Source: Candidatus Heimdallarchaeota archaeon
GTDB taxonomy: Archaea > Asgardarchaeota > Heimdallarchaeia > Hodarchaeales > Hodarchaeaceae
Assembly (NCBI GenBank): GCA_020353515.1
Contig: CP070695.1
Coordinates: 1,271,637 to 1,335,636, forward strand
Reading direction: 5' to 3'
Length of the DNA: 64,000 nt
Under the pieces are notes generated by a model, which ran no database searches, had not been told where the DNA came from, and saw only the letters and a program-made list of their open reading frames with translations. Made by a program: the position numbers and the translations under genes. How positions within the stretch are numbered: position 1 is the stretch's first letter; every line of letters starts with the position of its first letter. Shown one piece after another: positions 17,470 to 27,839 of the stretch.

Positions 17470-17543
17470 TGGGCCGGGACGGATTTGAACCATCGACATC
17501 CAGTGTGTGAGACTGGCATCATACCGGGCTAGATCACCGGCCC
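17470..17543 (-). tRNA. tRNA-Val(CAC), no intron
   Basis: GGGCCGG...CCAGT-CTCACAC-ACTGG...GATGG-TTCAAAT-CCGTC-CCGGCCC-A cloverleaf. Confidence 0.95.
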
Positions 17544-17650
17544 ATGGTATTTTCAGATTAGAAAATTCTTTTTTTGGACGAATAAAAGAATAATTTCGAG
17601 TTTTAATAAGAATTTTGAGTTTTATTATCAGATAAAGGTAGAAAAGGTAT

Positions 17651-18361
17651 TTATCTTAGGGGTTCAATTTTCAAGATTAACTGGTTCTCTGCAATTCCCA
17701 CGACTACGATCGGTTCATCCTCATCAATTTGGATGTCTGATTGGGCTTTCCAAATAGCTCCCCCTATCTTTACTCGTCCCTCTGTTTTCGGGGAGACCAT
17801 GGAAATTGTTTTTCCATTTTGTCCAATTAAATGCGTTTTATCTCCAGCCACAGGTGTTTTCTGTTGTGAACTCCTAACTCTAAACCAAATTAGCATGATG
17901 AAAACACCTAATACACCAATACTATAAGCTAACCCACGAATGGGATCCTGCCAAAGTACCACACCTCCAATGATTCCCAAAAGACCAATACCAATTACAA
18001 TTGGTAAAAAGGGGACGATAAAGCTCAAATCACCCCCCTGTGAACTAAAGAAAGCGATAATGAAAATCAATACGATTATTATTAGGGGCCATGTAAAAAC
18101 TTGGGTTTCATTTGACTGAGATACAAAATCGCTGCTTAGTGTTAGGATTATTGCGAGGATTATAATTATTGGAAGCCAGTTGAGTAGTTCAACAGCACCT
18201 CCACTCGCCAACCATTGTACAAACACAAGTACGACAGAAATTATGAAAATAATGAAGCCAAGATTATAAAGGACAGGAATTTCAAGTAGTGACCCAAGAA
18301 ACATTAAGAAAATACCGATAGGTATTCCTGAAAGGGGAACTTGTTGAGGATCTACAGCCAT
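17651..18361 (-). CDS. NfeD-family membrane protein (C-terminal OB fold)
   Basis: Multiple TM helices, then LIGQNG...EGRVKIGGAIWKAQS...VVG. Confidence 0.8.
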   Translation of the reverse strand: MAVDPQQVPLSGIPIGIFLMFLGSLLEIPVLYNLGFIIFIISVVLVFVQWLASGGAVELLNWLPIIIILAIILTLSSDFVSQSNETQVFTWPLIIIVLIFIIAFFSSQGGDLSFIVPFLPIVIGIGLLGIIGGVVLWQDPIRGLAYSIGVLGVFIMLIWFRVRSSQQKTPVAGDKTHLIGQNGKTISMVSPKTEGRVKIGGAIWKAQSDIQIDEDEPIVVVGIAENQLILKIEPLR

Positions 18362-18584
18362 CTTTATTCGATATATTCAATGCCTCAAATGAGCTTTTAG
18401 GCTTTTCCTTAGAGGAACAGTTTTCATGGATTCTACTCAGGAAATTAGTCTGATCCAGTACAACATCTACATACATCAATTTTCGGTAACTTTCTGTTTT
18501 CTGAAAGCAAAAATACAAAATTTCTTTCTTCAAAGGGAGGTTGATGTTTCCCTTCAAATAACATTCATGGAGACCAATTAAAGT

Positions 18585-19967
18585 ATGTTAGAGATCACAG
18601 TATTCGGCGCAGCAGAATCGGTGGGAAAGTCTTGTATCATGATTTCCGATCGTGACCATAAAATTCTTTTAGATGCTGGAATACAACTCCACCCTCGTAG
18701 GACTGGATTACTTTCAACACCTCCTGAAGGAGTGGATGTGTATAGCGACGAGATCGACTCAGTATTGCTCTCTCATGCCCATATTGATCATTCTGCCTAC
18801 ATTCCTGCTCTGTACAGGGCGGGATATCAAGGATTGGTACACTGTACAACTCCAACCAAGGATATTACAGAAATATTGTGGAAGGATCATTTGAAAATTG
18901 AAGGCCCACATCATTATGGTATCTCTCACTTACACTCAGCTCTTGCGAAAACTAAGACACATGAGTATCAACGGAAATTCTCGATAACTGATGGGATCAC
19001 AGCTGAGTTTTTTGATGCTAGCCATATCTTAGGGAGCGCTACAATTCTCCTTGATTGGAAGGGGACATTGATTCTATATACTGGGGACTTCAATAATGCA
19101 AAAACCCCTTATCATGATCCTATTGTGTATCCCGACCCAGATGAACCCATAGATATATTATTGACTGAAACAACGAATGCTAATCGAAAAATAAGCAGTA
19201 GTAGAAAACTTGTTGCATCGAACTTGACAAAGGCATTGTTAAAATGTTATTCCCGTGGTGGAAAGGCAATTATCCCTTCTTTTGCATTAGGTAGAAGTCA
19301 GGAAATCCAAGCATACCTCACTAGTGATTTTGATTCCTTTCTTTATAAGTTTCCCCTCTATATAGATGGAATGATCCTTGATATGAACATGATTTATCAA
19401 AAATATTTGAATGAGAAATGGGTTTCACCACGTATTCTTATGGAACTGAAAGAAAAAGGTTATCGGACTCCATTCGAGCATGAAGGACTTAAAACAATTG
19501 ATGAAGTCTCCTATACGGGAAAGAGGGGGAAGAAAAGAGAAAAGTTGATAACCCAAGAACAACGGAGTATAATTTTGACGACATCAGGAATGCTTGAGGG
19601 TGGCCCTGTTTATGACTACCTCCGACATGGAGGAAGTAGTTCTCTAAATGGGTTATATATCGTTGGATATCAAGTCAAAGGAACTCTTGGGGCAGATATT
19701 ATATCTGGGAAGAAAGAATTAACCCTGAATAATGGATTTGGGCAATTGTTTGATGTATCATTAGCTTTGGAGGTAAAACGGTTTGAATTTTCGGGTCATG
19801 CTTCGCTAGATGGATTAATTCAAATGGTACGCTACAGCTCACCCTCTTTAGTTTATGCTTTACATGGAGAACCTGAAGCTCAACAAGCTTATTCCCGAGC
19901 GCTTGAGGGATTTAACCAGAAAATCTCAATATTATCTCCTAAAGAAGTACTTTACAACTACCCATGA
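18585..19967 (+). CDS. beta-CASP ribonuclease, CPSF73-like, without KH domains
   Basis: GAAESVGKSC, SHAHIDH, SHILGS, YTGDF, PSFALGRSQE, SGMLEGG, FSGHA, HGE. Confidence 0.88.
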   Translation: MLEITVFGAAESVGKSCIMISDRDHKILLDAGIQLHPRRTGLLSTPPEGVDVYSDEIDSVLLSHAHIDHSAYIPALYRAGYQGLVHCTTPTKDITEILWKDHLKIEGPHHYGISHLHSALAKTKTHEYQRKFSITDGITAEFFDASHILGSATILLDWKGTLILYTGDFNNAKTPYHDPIVYPDPDEPIDILLTETTNANRKISSSRKLVASNLTKALLKCYSRGGKAIIPSFALGRSQEIQAYLTSDFDSFLYKFPLYIDGMILDMNMIYQKYLNEKWVSPRILMELKEKGYRTPFEHEGLKTIDEVSYTGKRGKKREKLITQEQRSIILTTSGMLEGGPVYDYLRHGGSSSLNGLYIVGYQVKGTLGADIISGKKELTLNNGFGQLFDVSLALEVKRFEFSGHASLDGLIQMVRYSSPSLVYALHGEPEAQQAYSRALEGFNQKISILSPKEVLYNYP

Positions 19968-20446
19968 TGGATTACTTATTAAATCAGAAAAAGAGGGAGT
20001 CTCTAATGCAACAAAAAGAAGCAGTGTTATCTGGAATTGTTTATAATCAAATAATGCGCCTCCTTGCAAAAAATCCGAAAATTGAAGTTGTAGGTCTCTG
20101 TTTCGGAATTCGTTGTCATGAAAAAATCGAACTCAAATCATTTGTATCATTAGTAAATTTAGATAATTCTTCAACTAGTTTTTCATTAGATTATGAAGCA
20201 ATGTATCAAGAGATCCAATGCCATGAAGAAAGGGACGAAATCCTTGTTGGGATATTTCACAGTCATCCTAAAGGAACAAAAGTATATCCATCACAAAAAG
20301 ATCTTTATTATATGCGTTATTGGCCCCACCCGTACTTATGGTTGATTGGTGGTTGTGGAGAAGAAGAGACTGACTCCTTGCTATCGATTTTTTCCCTCCT
20401 AAACGAAAAGATTGTTGAGATTCCTTATTCAATATTAAATGCCTAA
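19964..20446 (+). CDS. JAB/MPN+ (JAMM) metalloisopeptidase
   Basis: EVVGL...GIFHSHP...PSQKD. Confidence 0.85.
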   Translation: MMDYLLNQKKRESLMQQKEAVLSGIVYNQIMRLLAKNPKIEVVGLCFGIRCHEKIELKSFVSLVNLDNSSTSFSLDYEAMYQEIQCHEERDEILVGIFHSHPKGTKVYPSQKDLYYMRYWPHPYLWLIGGCGEEETDSLLSIFSLLNEKIVEIPYSILNA

Positions 20447-20463
20447 TATATGAATTTAAAGGA

Positions 20464-21492
20464 TTAAGAATAAACCCCAGGTATGGGGGTCTGACATTTT
20501 GAACACTTCCCGTCTGATAAGTCTCGTATCTCTGGATAAAAACCTGTTCTTTGGATTAAAAGAACGTTACATTTGTGACAATATGTGTCATTCCCCATAT
20601 GACTCCTTACATTTCCTAGATAAATGTAGTTCAATCCAACATCTTTTGCTACCTTGTAGGCAGCTTCTAAAGTTTTAATCGGTGTTAGAGGTAAATTTCG
20701 TAGTTTATGATCAGGATGAAATCGCGAAAAGTGTACAGGCACATTCGGATCCAGTTTGTTCGAGATCCATTCGCACATCTCTTTTATCATCTCCATGGAG
20801 TCATTTTTTGTCGGAATAACTAAATTAGTTATCTCTAAATGAACACCCAACTTATGAAAAATCTCACAAGTCTTAAGTACTGGTTTCCAGGATGGTGAAC
20901 TGCAGATTTCCTTGTAAAATTCAGATGAAAATCCCTTCACATCGATATTAGCTGCATCGATGAGATGACCTAATTTTTCAGCTAGTCCCTTTGTGATATA
21001 TCCATTATCTACGACTACCATCTTCAAATTATGTCTATGTGCGATTTCTGCAATATCTCGTACGTATTCAAATGCTATCATTGGTTCATTGTAAGTCGAG
21101 GCAATCGAATACAGCTTCCTAGTTAGTGCTACTTGTACTAGATCCTCTGGCATCATCTCTCTCAAAGAGGAGATCTTATGATTCGTAGAAATTGAGTAAT
21201 TTTGACAATGGAGACAACCCATGTTGCATCCATGGGAACCAAACGATAAAATCCCCGTTCCAGGCAGAAAATGATAAAGTGGTTTCTTTTCAATCGGATC
21301 AATCGCTAACGATGATATTAAGCCATATGTACGAGGAATTATCTTCCCATTTTTACTAATTCGTGCCCCACACCAACCAATTTCGTTATCCGAAAGTTGA
21401 CAATGTCTGGGACATGCTAAACATTGTAATTTTCCTGATTTCAGTAGTCTATAAAATTCCCATTCTTTCTCCTGCGTTAATACTTTCGACAA
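20464..21492 (-). CDS. amrS: AmmeMemoRadiSam system radical SAM enzyme
   Basis: CLACPRHC, DPIEKKPLYHF, CNMGCLHCQN, TYNEP, HFSRFHP, YLGNV. Confidence 0.9.
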   Translation of the reverse strand: MSKVLTQEKEWEFYRLLKSGKLQCLACPRHCQLSDNEIGWCGARISKNGKIIPRTYGLISSLAIDPIEKKPLYHFLPGTGILSFGSHGCNMGCLHCQNYSISTNHKISSLREMMPEDLVQVALTRKLYSIASTYNEPMIAFEYVRDIAEIAHRHNLKMVVVDNGYITKGLAEKLGHLIDAANIDVKGFSSEFYKEICSSPSWKPVLKTCEIFHKLGVHLEITNLVIPTKNDSMEMIKEMCEWISNKLDPNVPVHFSRFHPDHKLRNLPLTPIKTLEAAYKVAKDVGLNYIYLGNVRSHMGNDTYCHKCNVLLIQRTGFYPEIRDLSDGKCSKCQTPIPGVYS

Positions 21493-21516
21493 AAGGAATA
21501 TTTCACCCTTGGCTTT

Positions 21517-22251
21517 CTACTGAATCGAGATAACATCGGTAGATTCATCATAATTTAGTAGATTCTTTTCAGCCATTCGTCCAAGAGTACGAGTTATTAT
21601 TACTGGAGAAATCAGTCCTTCAAGCGTTTTCTTTAATTGTTCTTTCGATGTTTTTCCAAGTTTCATCACTGCTGCAAGAATGTCAACTTCAGGAATATCT
21701 TCTGCTGATTCCTCAAGTAGGAACGAAATAACAGCATTATTTGCTTTTAAGGTTTCTAATTCTTTTCTTAGCTCCTCATTCTCAACTTGTTTTGCCTCAA
21801 TTTCTGTTTTTAGTTTTATTTCCATCTCTTGATTTTCTTTTGTCAGAGAGGCAATTCTCTCTCTTTTTTGGGTAATTTCAGATTTCATGTTGTTTATTTC
21901 CTCATTGATTGTTTGAAGAGCTTCTGCAATGCTGTTACTCTCTGTTTGAATTTCTTCTGACCGATTTTTTTTCATTTGAAGTTCTTCTGCGGTACTCGTC
22001 TGCTTACGGACTAATTCTTCTTTTAAATTTGACTGAGAATTTATTTCTTCTTGAAGAGAAGAAATTTTAGCTTCTTGTTCTGTAATCTGAGTATCGACTG
22101 CTTCTTTTTCTTTAATAAGAGTTTCAAGATAATCTTTTGATTCTTTTAAGTCTTGAACTCTTGTGAATACTAGTTGTTTTGTATCGTCTCCCAAGCGACT
22201 CAGAGCTTCTTCACTTCTAATAAATTTCTCTCTTAAAGTATCTGTATCCAT
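21517..22251 (-). CDS. Long coiled-coil protein with C-terminal winged helix
   Basis: About 170 aa heptad-rich E/K/Q region, then PEVDILA...ITRTLGRMAEKNLLNYDESTDVI. Confidence 0.65.
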   Translation of the reverse strand: MDTDTLREKFIRSEEALSRLGDDTKQLVFTRVQDLKESKDYLETLIKEKEAVDTQITEQEAKISSLQEEINSQSNLKEELVRKQTSTAEELQMKKNRSEEIQTESNSIAEALQTINEEINNMKSEITQKRERIASLTKENQEMEIKLKTEIEAKQVENEELRKELETLKANNAVISFLLEESAEDIPEVDILAAVMKLGKTSKEQLKKTLEGLISPVIITRTLGRMAEKNLLNYDESTDVISIQ

Positions 22252-22253
22252 AG

Positions 22254-23018
22254 TCAGACCTCCTTGTCAAACAGATCAATCTTTACCAAGAGCGTGACGC
22301 CATCTTCTGATTCGTTGAATTCTAGAACCTTTCGTGCCTCTAACAACTTTAAAACTGAATTTAAGGTGGTTGGATCCATACCTAATGCTGATCGAATTTC
22401 AGTCAGTTTTGAATGGGGACTGGGTTTCTTTGCCAAGAATTTAATTAATCCAACTTCTGGACTTTGAATATATTCTTTTGAACAAAGAATTCGGATTGCC
22501 TGAAACCTATTTGCTAGTAAAGATTTTTCAGCTTCTAATCGTTCATACTCTTGTGTGATTGCTTTCATACGGGTTTCAAATTTAGGTTTCAATTCATCAT
22601 GAATATTCTCTAATGAAGCAAGCTCTACTTCAAGCGAACGAAGAGTCGTTGTATGATTCGTTTTTTCAGAGTCAAGAATACCAAATTTATTTTTATCTGC
22701 CAATAAATCTGATTGGTTTTGAGATACTTGAGTATTTATCAAATCAATATTACTTTGAATTGAAGAAATTTCATTCTCAATTTGGCCAATTTCACTACGG
22801 AAAGTCTGAAGATCATTTATTAAATCAGAGATCTCTCGTGTATAATCATTAGACATTCGACGTCGTTCATTTATATAATTTCTAAGGGATTCAATATCAC
22901 TAATAAGAGATTTTAAATCTTCTCGTATTAGTTGAACTCGACTCTGAAACTTATTTACTAATTCCTCTAAACTAAGCGCCAATTTTCTAATTTCTTCTGC
23001 AGATTTAGGGGTACTCAT
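22254..23018 (-). CDS. Long coiled-coil protein with C-terminal winged helix (paralog of neighbour)
   Basis: Heptad region, then PEVGLIKFL...LTEIRSALGMDPTTLNSVLKLLEARKVLEFNESEDGV. Confidence 0.65.
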   Translation of the reverse strand: MSTPKSAEEIRKLALSLEELVNKFQSRVQLIREDLKSLISDIESLRNYINERRRMSNDYTREISDLINDLQTFRSEIGQIENEISSIQSNIDLINTQVSQNQSDLLADKNKFGILDSEKTNHTTTLRSLEVELASLENIHDELKPKFETRMKAITQEYERLEAEKSLLANRFQAIRILCSKEYIQSPEVGLIKFLAKKPSPHSKLTEIRSALGMDPTTLNSVLKLLEARKVLEFNESEDGVTLLVKIDLFDKEV

Positions 23019-23483
23019 AATGGTATCTCCGTTTTTCTTTCTATTCAGAGATCTTTACGTTACTATCCTCTTGATTAAATGTTAAGTGTTAATTTACTAT
23101 CATTTTAGAATGAAACAGTCTTTTATCGTCTTATATAAAGATGACTTCAAGCTATATTTCACCTTTCCCTTTTCGAAGTTATTCTGTCCTTAATAAATAG
23201 CTAGAAAAAAGACTAATGAGGGGCCATTCTGTTGAGGATATTGATTGTATAACACATTAACCTCTCTAAACTCATAAAAAACACAGCTGTATTAATAGGG
23301 GTTACTTAAGAAATTAATTTTGTCATCTTTCATACTATAGATGTACTTTCAATTATAATTTTCTTATTAGATTTTTAGCATTTAATTTCAAGCGTTGTGA
23401 ATTTAAATCTTTTCGCAATATTTCACCTTATTTTAGCCGAAAATCTTTCTTCCTAAGGATTAAAAACTTCTAAATGTTTTTAT

Positions 23484-23509
23484 TCACATAAAGCGAAAAC
23501 TTTATGTGA
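23484..23509. promoter_or_regulatory. Palindromic operator overlapping BRE/TATA of the hsp20-cdc48 operon
   Basis: TCACATAAAG-CGAAAA-CTTTATGTGA, perfect 10-bp inverted repeat. Confidence 0.6.
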
Positions 23510-23564
23510 TTTTTCTTACATTGCTATATACGAATTATTCAAGTGAAATTAGGAGTAAATTATA

Positions 23565-24191
23565 ATGTCTGATCCCACTGGTGACAATTATGATGATGAG
23601 GAACGTCATCCACGCCGACGTCCTCGAGAAAATCCATTTGATGACTTTTTTCGGAACTTTATGAATCAATTTGGTGGATTCAACTTCGAAAACATCTGGG
23701 ATCAAATGGATTACTTTCTTGAAGATATTTTCCGTCGTTTCAATGTGCGAGATTTGATGGACGAAAGTGATAGTTCTAAATTCCCAGGATTTGTTTGGGG
23801 ATTTAGAATGACTAAAGGACCTGATGGTCGTCCTCATGTTGAACGCTTTGGAAACAATCCTCGAAAAGTATCAGGTAGTGGTCCTGGGTTACAACCATCT
23901 TATGAAAGAGAACCATTAGTTGATATAATTGATGATATAGATTTCTTACGTGTCATCGCTGAAATTCCAGGTGTTTCGAAAAAAGATATTGATCTCTCTG
24001 CAACAGAAAATAGTCTATTGATTCAAGCTGAATCAATTGATAAGAAACGAAGATATTACAAAGAACTGGATCTTCCGTGTATTATTTTTCCAGAATCAGC
24101 TTCTGCTAAGTTTAAAAACGGTGTTCTTGAAGTTGAATTAAAGAAGAATACTGTTTTAAACAAAACGGGAAAGAAAGTGCAAGTTGATTAA
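23565..24191 (+). CDS. hsp20: Small heat shock protein (archaeal Hsp20)
   Basis: GFRMTKGPDGRPHVERFGN, REPLVD, AEIPGV, FKNGVLEV. Confidence 0.92.
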   Translation: MSDPTGDNYDDEERHPRRRPRENPFDDFFRNFMNQFGGFNFENIWDQMDYFLEDIFRRFNVRDLMDESDSSKFPGFVWGFRMTKGPDGRPHVERFGNNPRKVSGSGPGLQPSYEREPLVDIIDDIDFLRVIAEIPGVSKKDIDLSATENSLLIQAESIDKKRRYYKELDLPCIIFPESASAKFKNGVLEVELKKNTVLNKTGKKVQVD

Positions 24192-24227
24192 TTCTAATCT
24201 GAAATAGTTTGGAGACCCGACTTTTTA

Positions 24228-26405
24228 ATGAAATCTGCAGAAATTCGGTTAAAGGTCAAAGAAGCGCATTACCGTGATGTTGGCCGAGGTATGGCGAGGA
24301 TCTCAAAAGCACATATGAAAGAATTAAAGATTTCTTCCGGTGATGTCCTGTTAATTGAGGGAGCTTTGGGAAAAAAAACAACTGCAATCGCCTGGCCTGC
24401 TTATAGTAGTGAAGAAAAAGATTTGATGATTTCAATTGATGCAACAACCCGATCAAATGCAGGAGTTCGATTGGATGAGTTAGTAACTATTCGAAAGGCA
24501 TCTACGGCTGCAGCAGAAAAGATTGTTTTTGCTCCCACTACAGGAAATATCTTGAAGGGCATTGAAGGATATCTTCACCGCGAACTTCAGGGGAGAGCCT
24601 TTTCTCTTGATGATAAAATTCGTTTAGAGTACATGGGTAATCTTTTTGAATATAATGTCTTGAGTATCTCACCAAAGCAGGATTCTGTTTTCATAGATCA
24701 AGGTACTGTCATTAAAATTACTTCTACCTCTACCATCTCTGAAGGGGTATCCGCTGATTATAAACTCATACCAAAAATAGCTTATGAGGATATTGGAGGA
24801 TTAGATGATACGATTCAGAAATTAAGAGAAATGGTTGAGCTCCCCATGCGATATCCTGAATTGTTTCAGCGTTTGGGAGTAGAACCACCAAAAGGGGTTC
24901 TTCTTTACGGCCCTCCTGGTACTGGAAAAACTTTATTGGCAAAAGCAGTTGCAAATGAAACTGAATCTCATTTTATTGATGTATCTGGCCCCGAGGTTAT
25001 GTCAGTTTACCACGGGGGAAGTGAGAAAAGGATCCGTGAGATTTTCCAAGAAGCGGAAGAAAAATCTCCTAGTATCTTGTTTATCGATGAAATTGATAGT
25101 ATCTCTCCTAAACGTGATGAGAAGTCCTCTGGTGAGATGGAACGACGAGTAGTTGCACAAATGCTCGCTTTGATGGATGGCCTAGAAAGTCGTGGTGAAA
25201 TAATCGTAATTGGAGCTACAAATCGTCCTAATGCAATTGATCCAGCTCTACGTCGTCCTGGCCGATTTGATCGTGAAATTGAAATCGGAATTCCTGATAA
25301 AAATGGTCGGTTGTCAATATTAGAAATCCATACACGATCTATGCCTCTTGCTGACACAGTTAATCTAGAAGACCTTGCAACCCGAACTCATGGTTTCGTA
25401 GGAGCAGATTTGTTATCATTAACCAAAGAAGCTGGAATGCATGCAATTAGGCGAGTTTTTCCAAAAATTGTATGGGGGGAAGAAATCTCTATGGATATAA
25501 TTAATCAAATATTGGTATTACCTGAAGATTTTGATATTGCTTTGACAGAAGTCAAACCTAGTGCCCTCAGAGAAGTCTTTGTAGAAGTACCTACCGTAAC
25601 ATGGGATGAAGTTGGAGGGTTAGATGAGATAAAACGTGAATTGAAAGAAATTATTGAATGGCCTTCAAAATACCCTATGATATTCAATTATTTAGAAGCA
25701 GAAATACCACGGGGAATTCTGTTGACAGGCCCTCCGGGAACAGGTAAGACGCTATTGGTTCGAGCTATTGCAAGTGAGTCTTCGAAAAATTTTATTTATG
25801 TGAAAGGTTCGGAAATTCATTCAAAATGGGTAGGAGAGAGCGAAAAAGCAATTCAAGAAACATTTCGTAAAGCTAGAATTAGTGCTCCATGTATAGTATT
25901 TTTTGACGAGATTGATGCTTTACTTCCATCACGAACGTCTAATGTTTCCGATTCTGGTGTCACTGATAGGATTGTGACTACTTTCTTGACTGAAATGGAT
26001 GGTTTGGAAGAATTAATCAATGTTATAGTTATCGCAGCTTCCAATCGTCCAGATATTCTTGATACAGCCTTATTAAGACCAGGTAGATTTGAACGAGTCA
26101 TTGAACTCCCATTACCAGATGAAAAAGCCCGTGAAGAAATACTAAGGGTCCATATAAAGAATAAGCCCATATCCTCTCGTGTTTTACTATCTGACATAGC
26201 AAACAGAACAAATGGGTTCAGCGGTGCTGATCTTAAAGGAATTATAAATCGTGCAACTTTCCTATCTATTAACCAGTTTCTTGAAAAAAATAAAGAGGCT
26301 TTTGATAAAATACCTCCTTTAGAAAGAACCGAATTTATTAAAGATCAACAGCTTGAAATAAAATTATCCCATATAAACGAGGCTCTTGAGTATTATAAAT
26401 CTTGA
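24228..26405 (+). CDS. cdc48: CDC48/VAT (p97) AAA+ ATPase
   Basis: N-domain DVGRGMARI; two AAA modules with GPPGTGKT, DEID, RPGRF. Confidence 0.95.
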   Translation: MKSAEIRLKVKEAHYRDVGRGMARISKAHMKELKISSGDVLLIEGALGKKTTAIAWPAYSSEEKDLMISIDATTRSNAGVRLDELVTIRKASTAAAEKIVFAPTTGNILKGIEGYLHRELQGRAFSLDDKIRLEYMGNLFEYNVLSISPKQDSVFIDQGTVIKITSTSTISEGVSADYKLIPKIAYEDIGGLDDTIQKLREMVELPMRYPELFQRLGVEPPKGVLLYGPPGTGKTLLAKAVANETESHFIDVSGPEVMSVYHGGSEKRIREIFQEAEEKSPSILFIDEIDSISPKRDEKSSGEMERRVVAQMLALMDGLESRGEIIVIGATNRPNAIDPALRRPGRFDREIEIGIPDKNGRLSILEIHTRSMPLADTVNLEDLATRTHGFVGADLLSLTKEAGMHAIRRVFPKIVWGEEISMDIINQILVLPEDFDIALTEVKPSALREVFVEVPTVTWDEVGGLDEIKRELKEIIEWPSKYPMIFNYLEAEIPRGILLTGPPGTGKTLLVRAIASESSKNFIYVKGSEIHSKWVGESEKAIQETFRKARISAPCIVFFDEIDALLPSRTSNVSDSGVTDRIVTTFLTEMDGLEELINVIVIAASNRPDILDTALLRPGRFERVIELPLPDEKAREEILRVHIKNKPISSRVLLSDIANRTNGFSGADLKGIINRATFLSINQFLEKNKEAFDKIPPLERTEFIKDQQLEIKLSHINEALEYYKS

Positions 26406-26445
26406 CACTCTAAATATTAGTTAATCAATCACTGGAAGTTTTACT

Positions 26446-27243
26446 TTGCAACTCGAAAATCTAACTGGAGAAATTGAAGATTGGCTTGAAAGAGTGGAAG
26501 AAGAAGAAAATCTCAAATTTATAAGGCAGATGGAATCTAAACCTCTTGAGGGGACTGTTGCAATCGAAATGCTAGGGTATTACGGATCTGTAGACCGAAT
26601 GATTACAAAAGAAATTCAAAAATTGAGTCAAAATACAAGAAAACTTGCTGGTTTTTTTTCAAGTTACTTTAATGAAATGGTGCAAATGTATTCCGGTGAA
26701 ATTTTACTCCCTATCACCATTCTTCAAACACAAATTGGTTCAAAAGACTTCATTTTAACCACAAGCAATTTTGCAATACCTGATGTGATTAGTTATAGGC
26801 TGGCTGAGGAATTATATAGATTTTATAAGAAACAAAGAGTTTCAAAGATATATCTAGTAGATGGTGCATATAATTACAAACGTAACATTAAACAGAAACC
26901 ACAAGTTCATAAAATTACTTCGTCAGAGTTTCAAATCAGGGTTACAAATGAAAAATTAGCCAATTTTACTCTTATGGGTCAGATAGCCAGTTCATTCCTA
27001 ACTTATTGGAGTTATAATGGAGACATTCCCATTGAGATTTTAGTTGTAGATGCTTTTTCCGATTATGACCCAATTTCTTCACTTGAGTTGCTAAAGGTTT
27101 TAACCAAACAATGGGAGATAGAAGCGGATTTTAATGAATTAGAAAAGAGATCACAAGAATTTATACATTTATACAAACAATCCAAAAAAGAAATCCATGC
27201 AGAGGAGCAAAAAGTGGACTTTGATCCACGTTTCTTTGTCTGA
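26446..27243 (+). CDS. PAC2/proteasome assembly chaperone-like protein
   Basis: AIEMLGYYGSV resembles the PAC2 GxPGxGxV motif; DPISSLELLKVL; aromatic C-terminus PRFFV; follows cdc48. Confidence 0.55.
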   Translation: MQLENLTGEIEDWLERVEEEENLKFIRQMESKPLEGTVAIEMLGYYGSVDRMITKEIQKLSQNTRKLAGFFSSYFNEMVQMYSGEILLPITILQTQIGSKDFILTTSNFAIPDVISYRLAEELYRFYKKQRVSKIYLVDGAYNYKRNIKQKPQVHKITSSEFQIRVTNEKLANFTLMGQIASSFLTYWSYNGDIPIEILVVDAFSDYDPISSLELLKVLTKQWEIEADFNELEKRSQEFIHLYKQSKKEIHAEEQKVDFDPRFFV

Positions 27244-27256
27244 GAGATGAAAAAAG

Positions 27257-27820
27257 ATGAGTAGAGATCCCTTAAATGAAATTGACTTGATACTGAAGAT
27301 CCTTTCCTACCAAATTGAGAATAAGAATGTTCTCGCGATGAACGAGATTGATGATATTCTTCATTTATTGGCAAATCGTACACGAAGACGAATGCTGGCA
27401 GAATTAGCACTCGGTGAGGGATTTGTGAATGAACTAGTAAAACGCTTGGATGATCACCCACAATCAATCATTAGACATTTAGAAGTTTTGAAGAAACATA
27501 ACTTGGTCGTTGGAAAACAACGTCCAGGTTCAGGAAGAGGGAGACCGAGACTATATTACACATTATTTCCAGAGGTTGCAGAGTTATTCCGAAAACCAAG
27601 TCAAAAAGTTTCAGAGTTAGAGGGAATTCATGATTGTAGTAGCTTTCCTCGCTTGAATACCATTAAAATACGTCTCAATGAAAAAATATCTCACTCTGAA
27701 CAAAGAAAAATAATTTCTGAAGTTGAGAGTATTAAGAAAGAGCATGAAATAGCACTTCAAGTGTGTAACGAGATTCTCGAGAAAGTGAAGGAAAGAGTTA
27801 AAAAAATAGAAGTAAAGTGA
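27257..27820 (+). CDS. ArsR-family wHTH regulator with C-terminal coiled coil
   Basis: LANRTRRRML...FVNELV...PQSIIRHLEVLKKHNLV...GRPRLYY. Confidence 0.85.
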   Translation: MSRDPLNEIDLILKILSYQIENKNVLAMNEIDDILHLLANRTRRRMLAELALGEGFVNELVKRLDDHPQSIIRHLEVLKKHNLVVGKQRPGSGRGRPRLYYTLFPEVAELFRKPSQKVSELEGIHDCSSFPRLNTIKIRLNEKISHSEQRKIISEVESIKKEHEIALQVCNEILEKVKERVKKIEVK

Positions 27821-27839
27821 AAAGAAAGGTTGATAGAAA

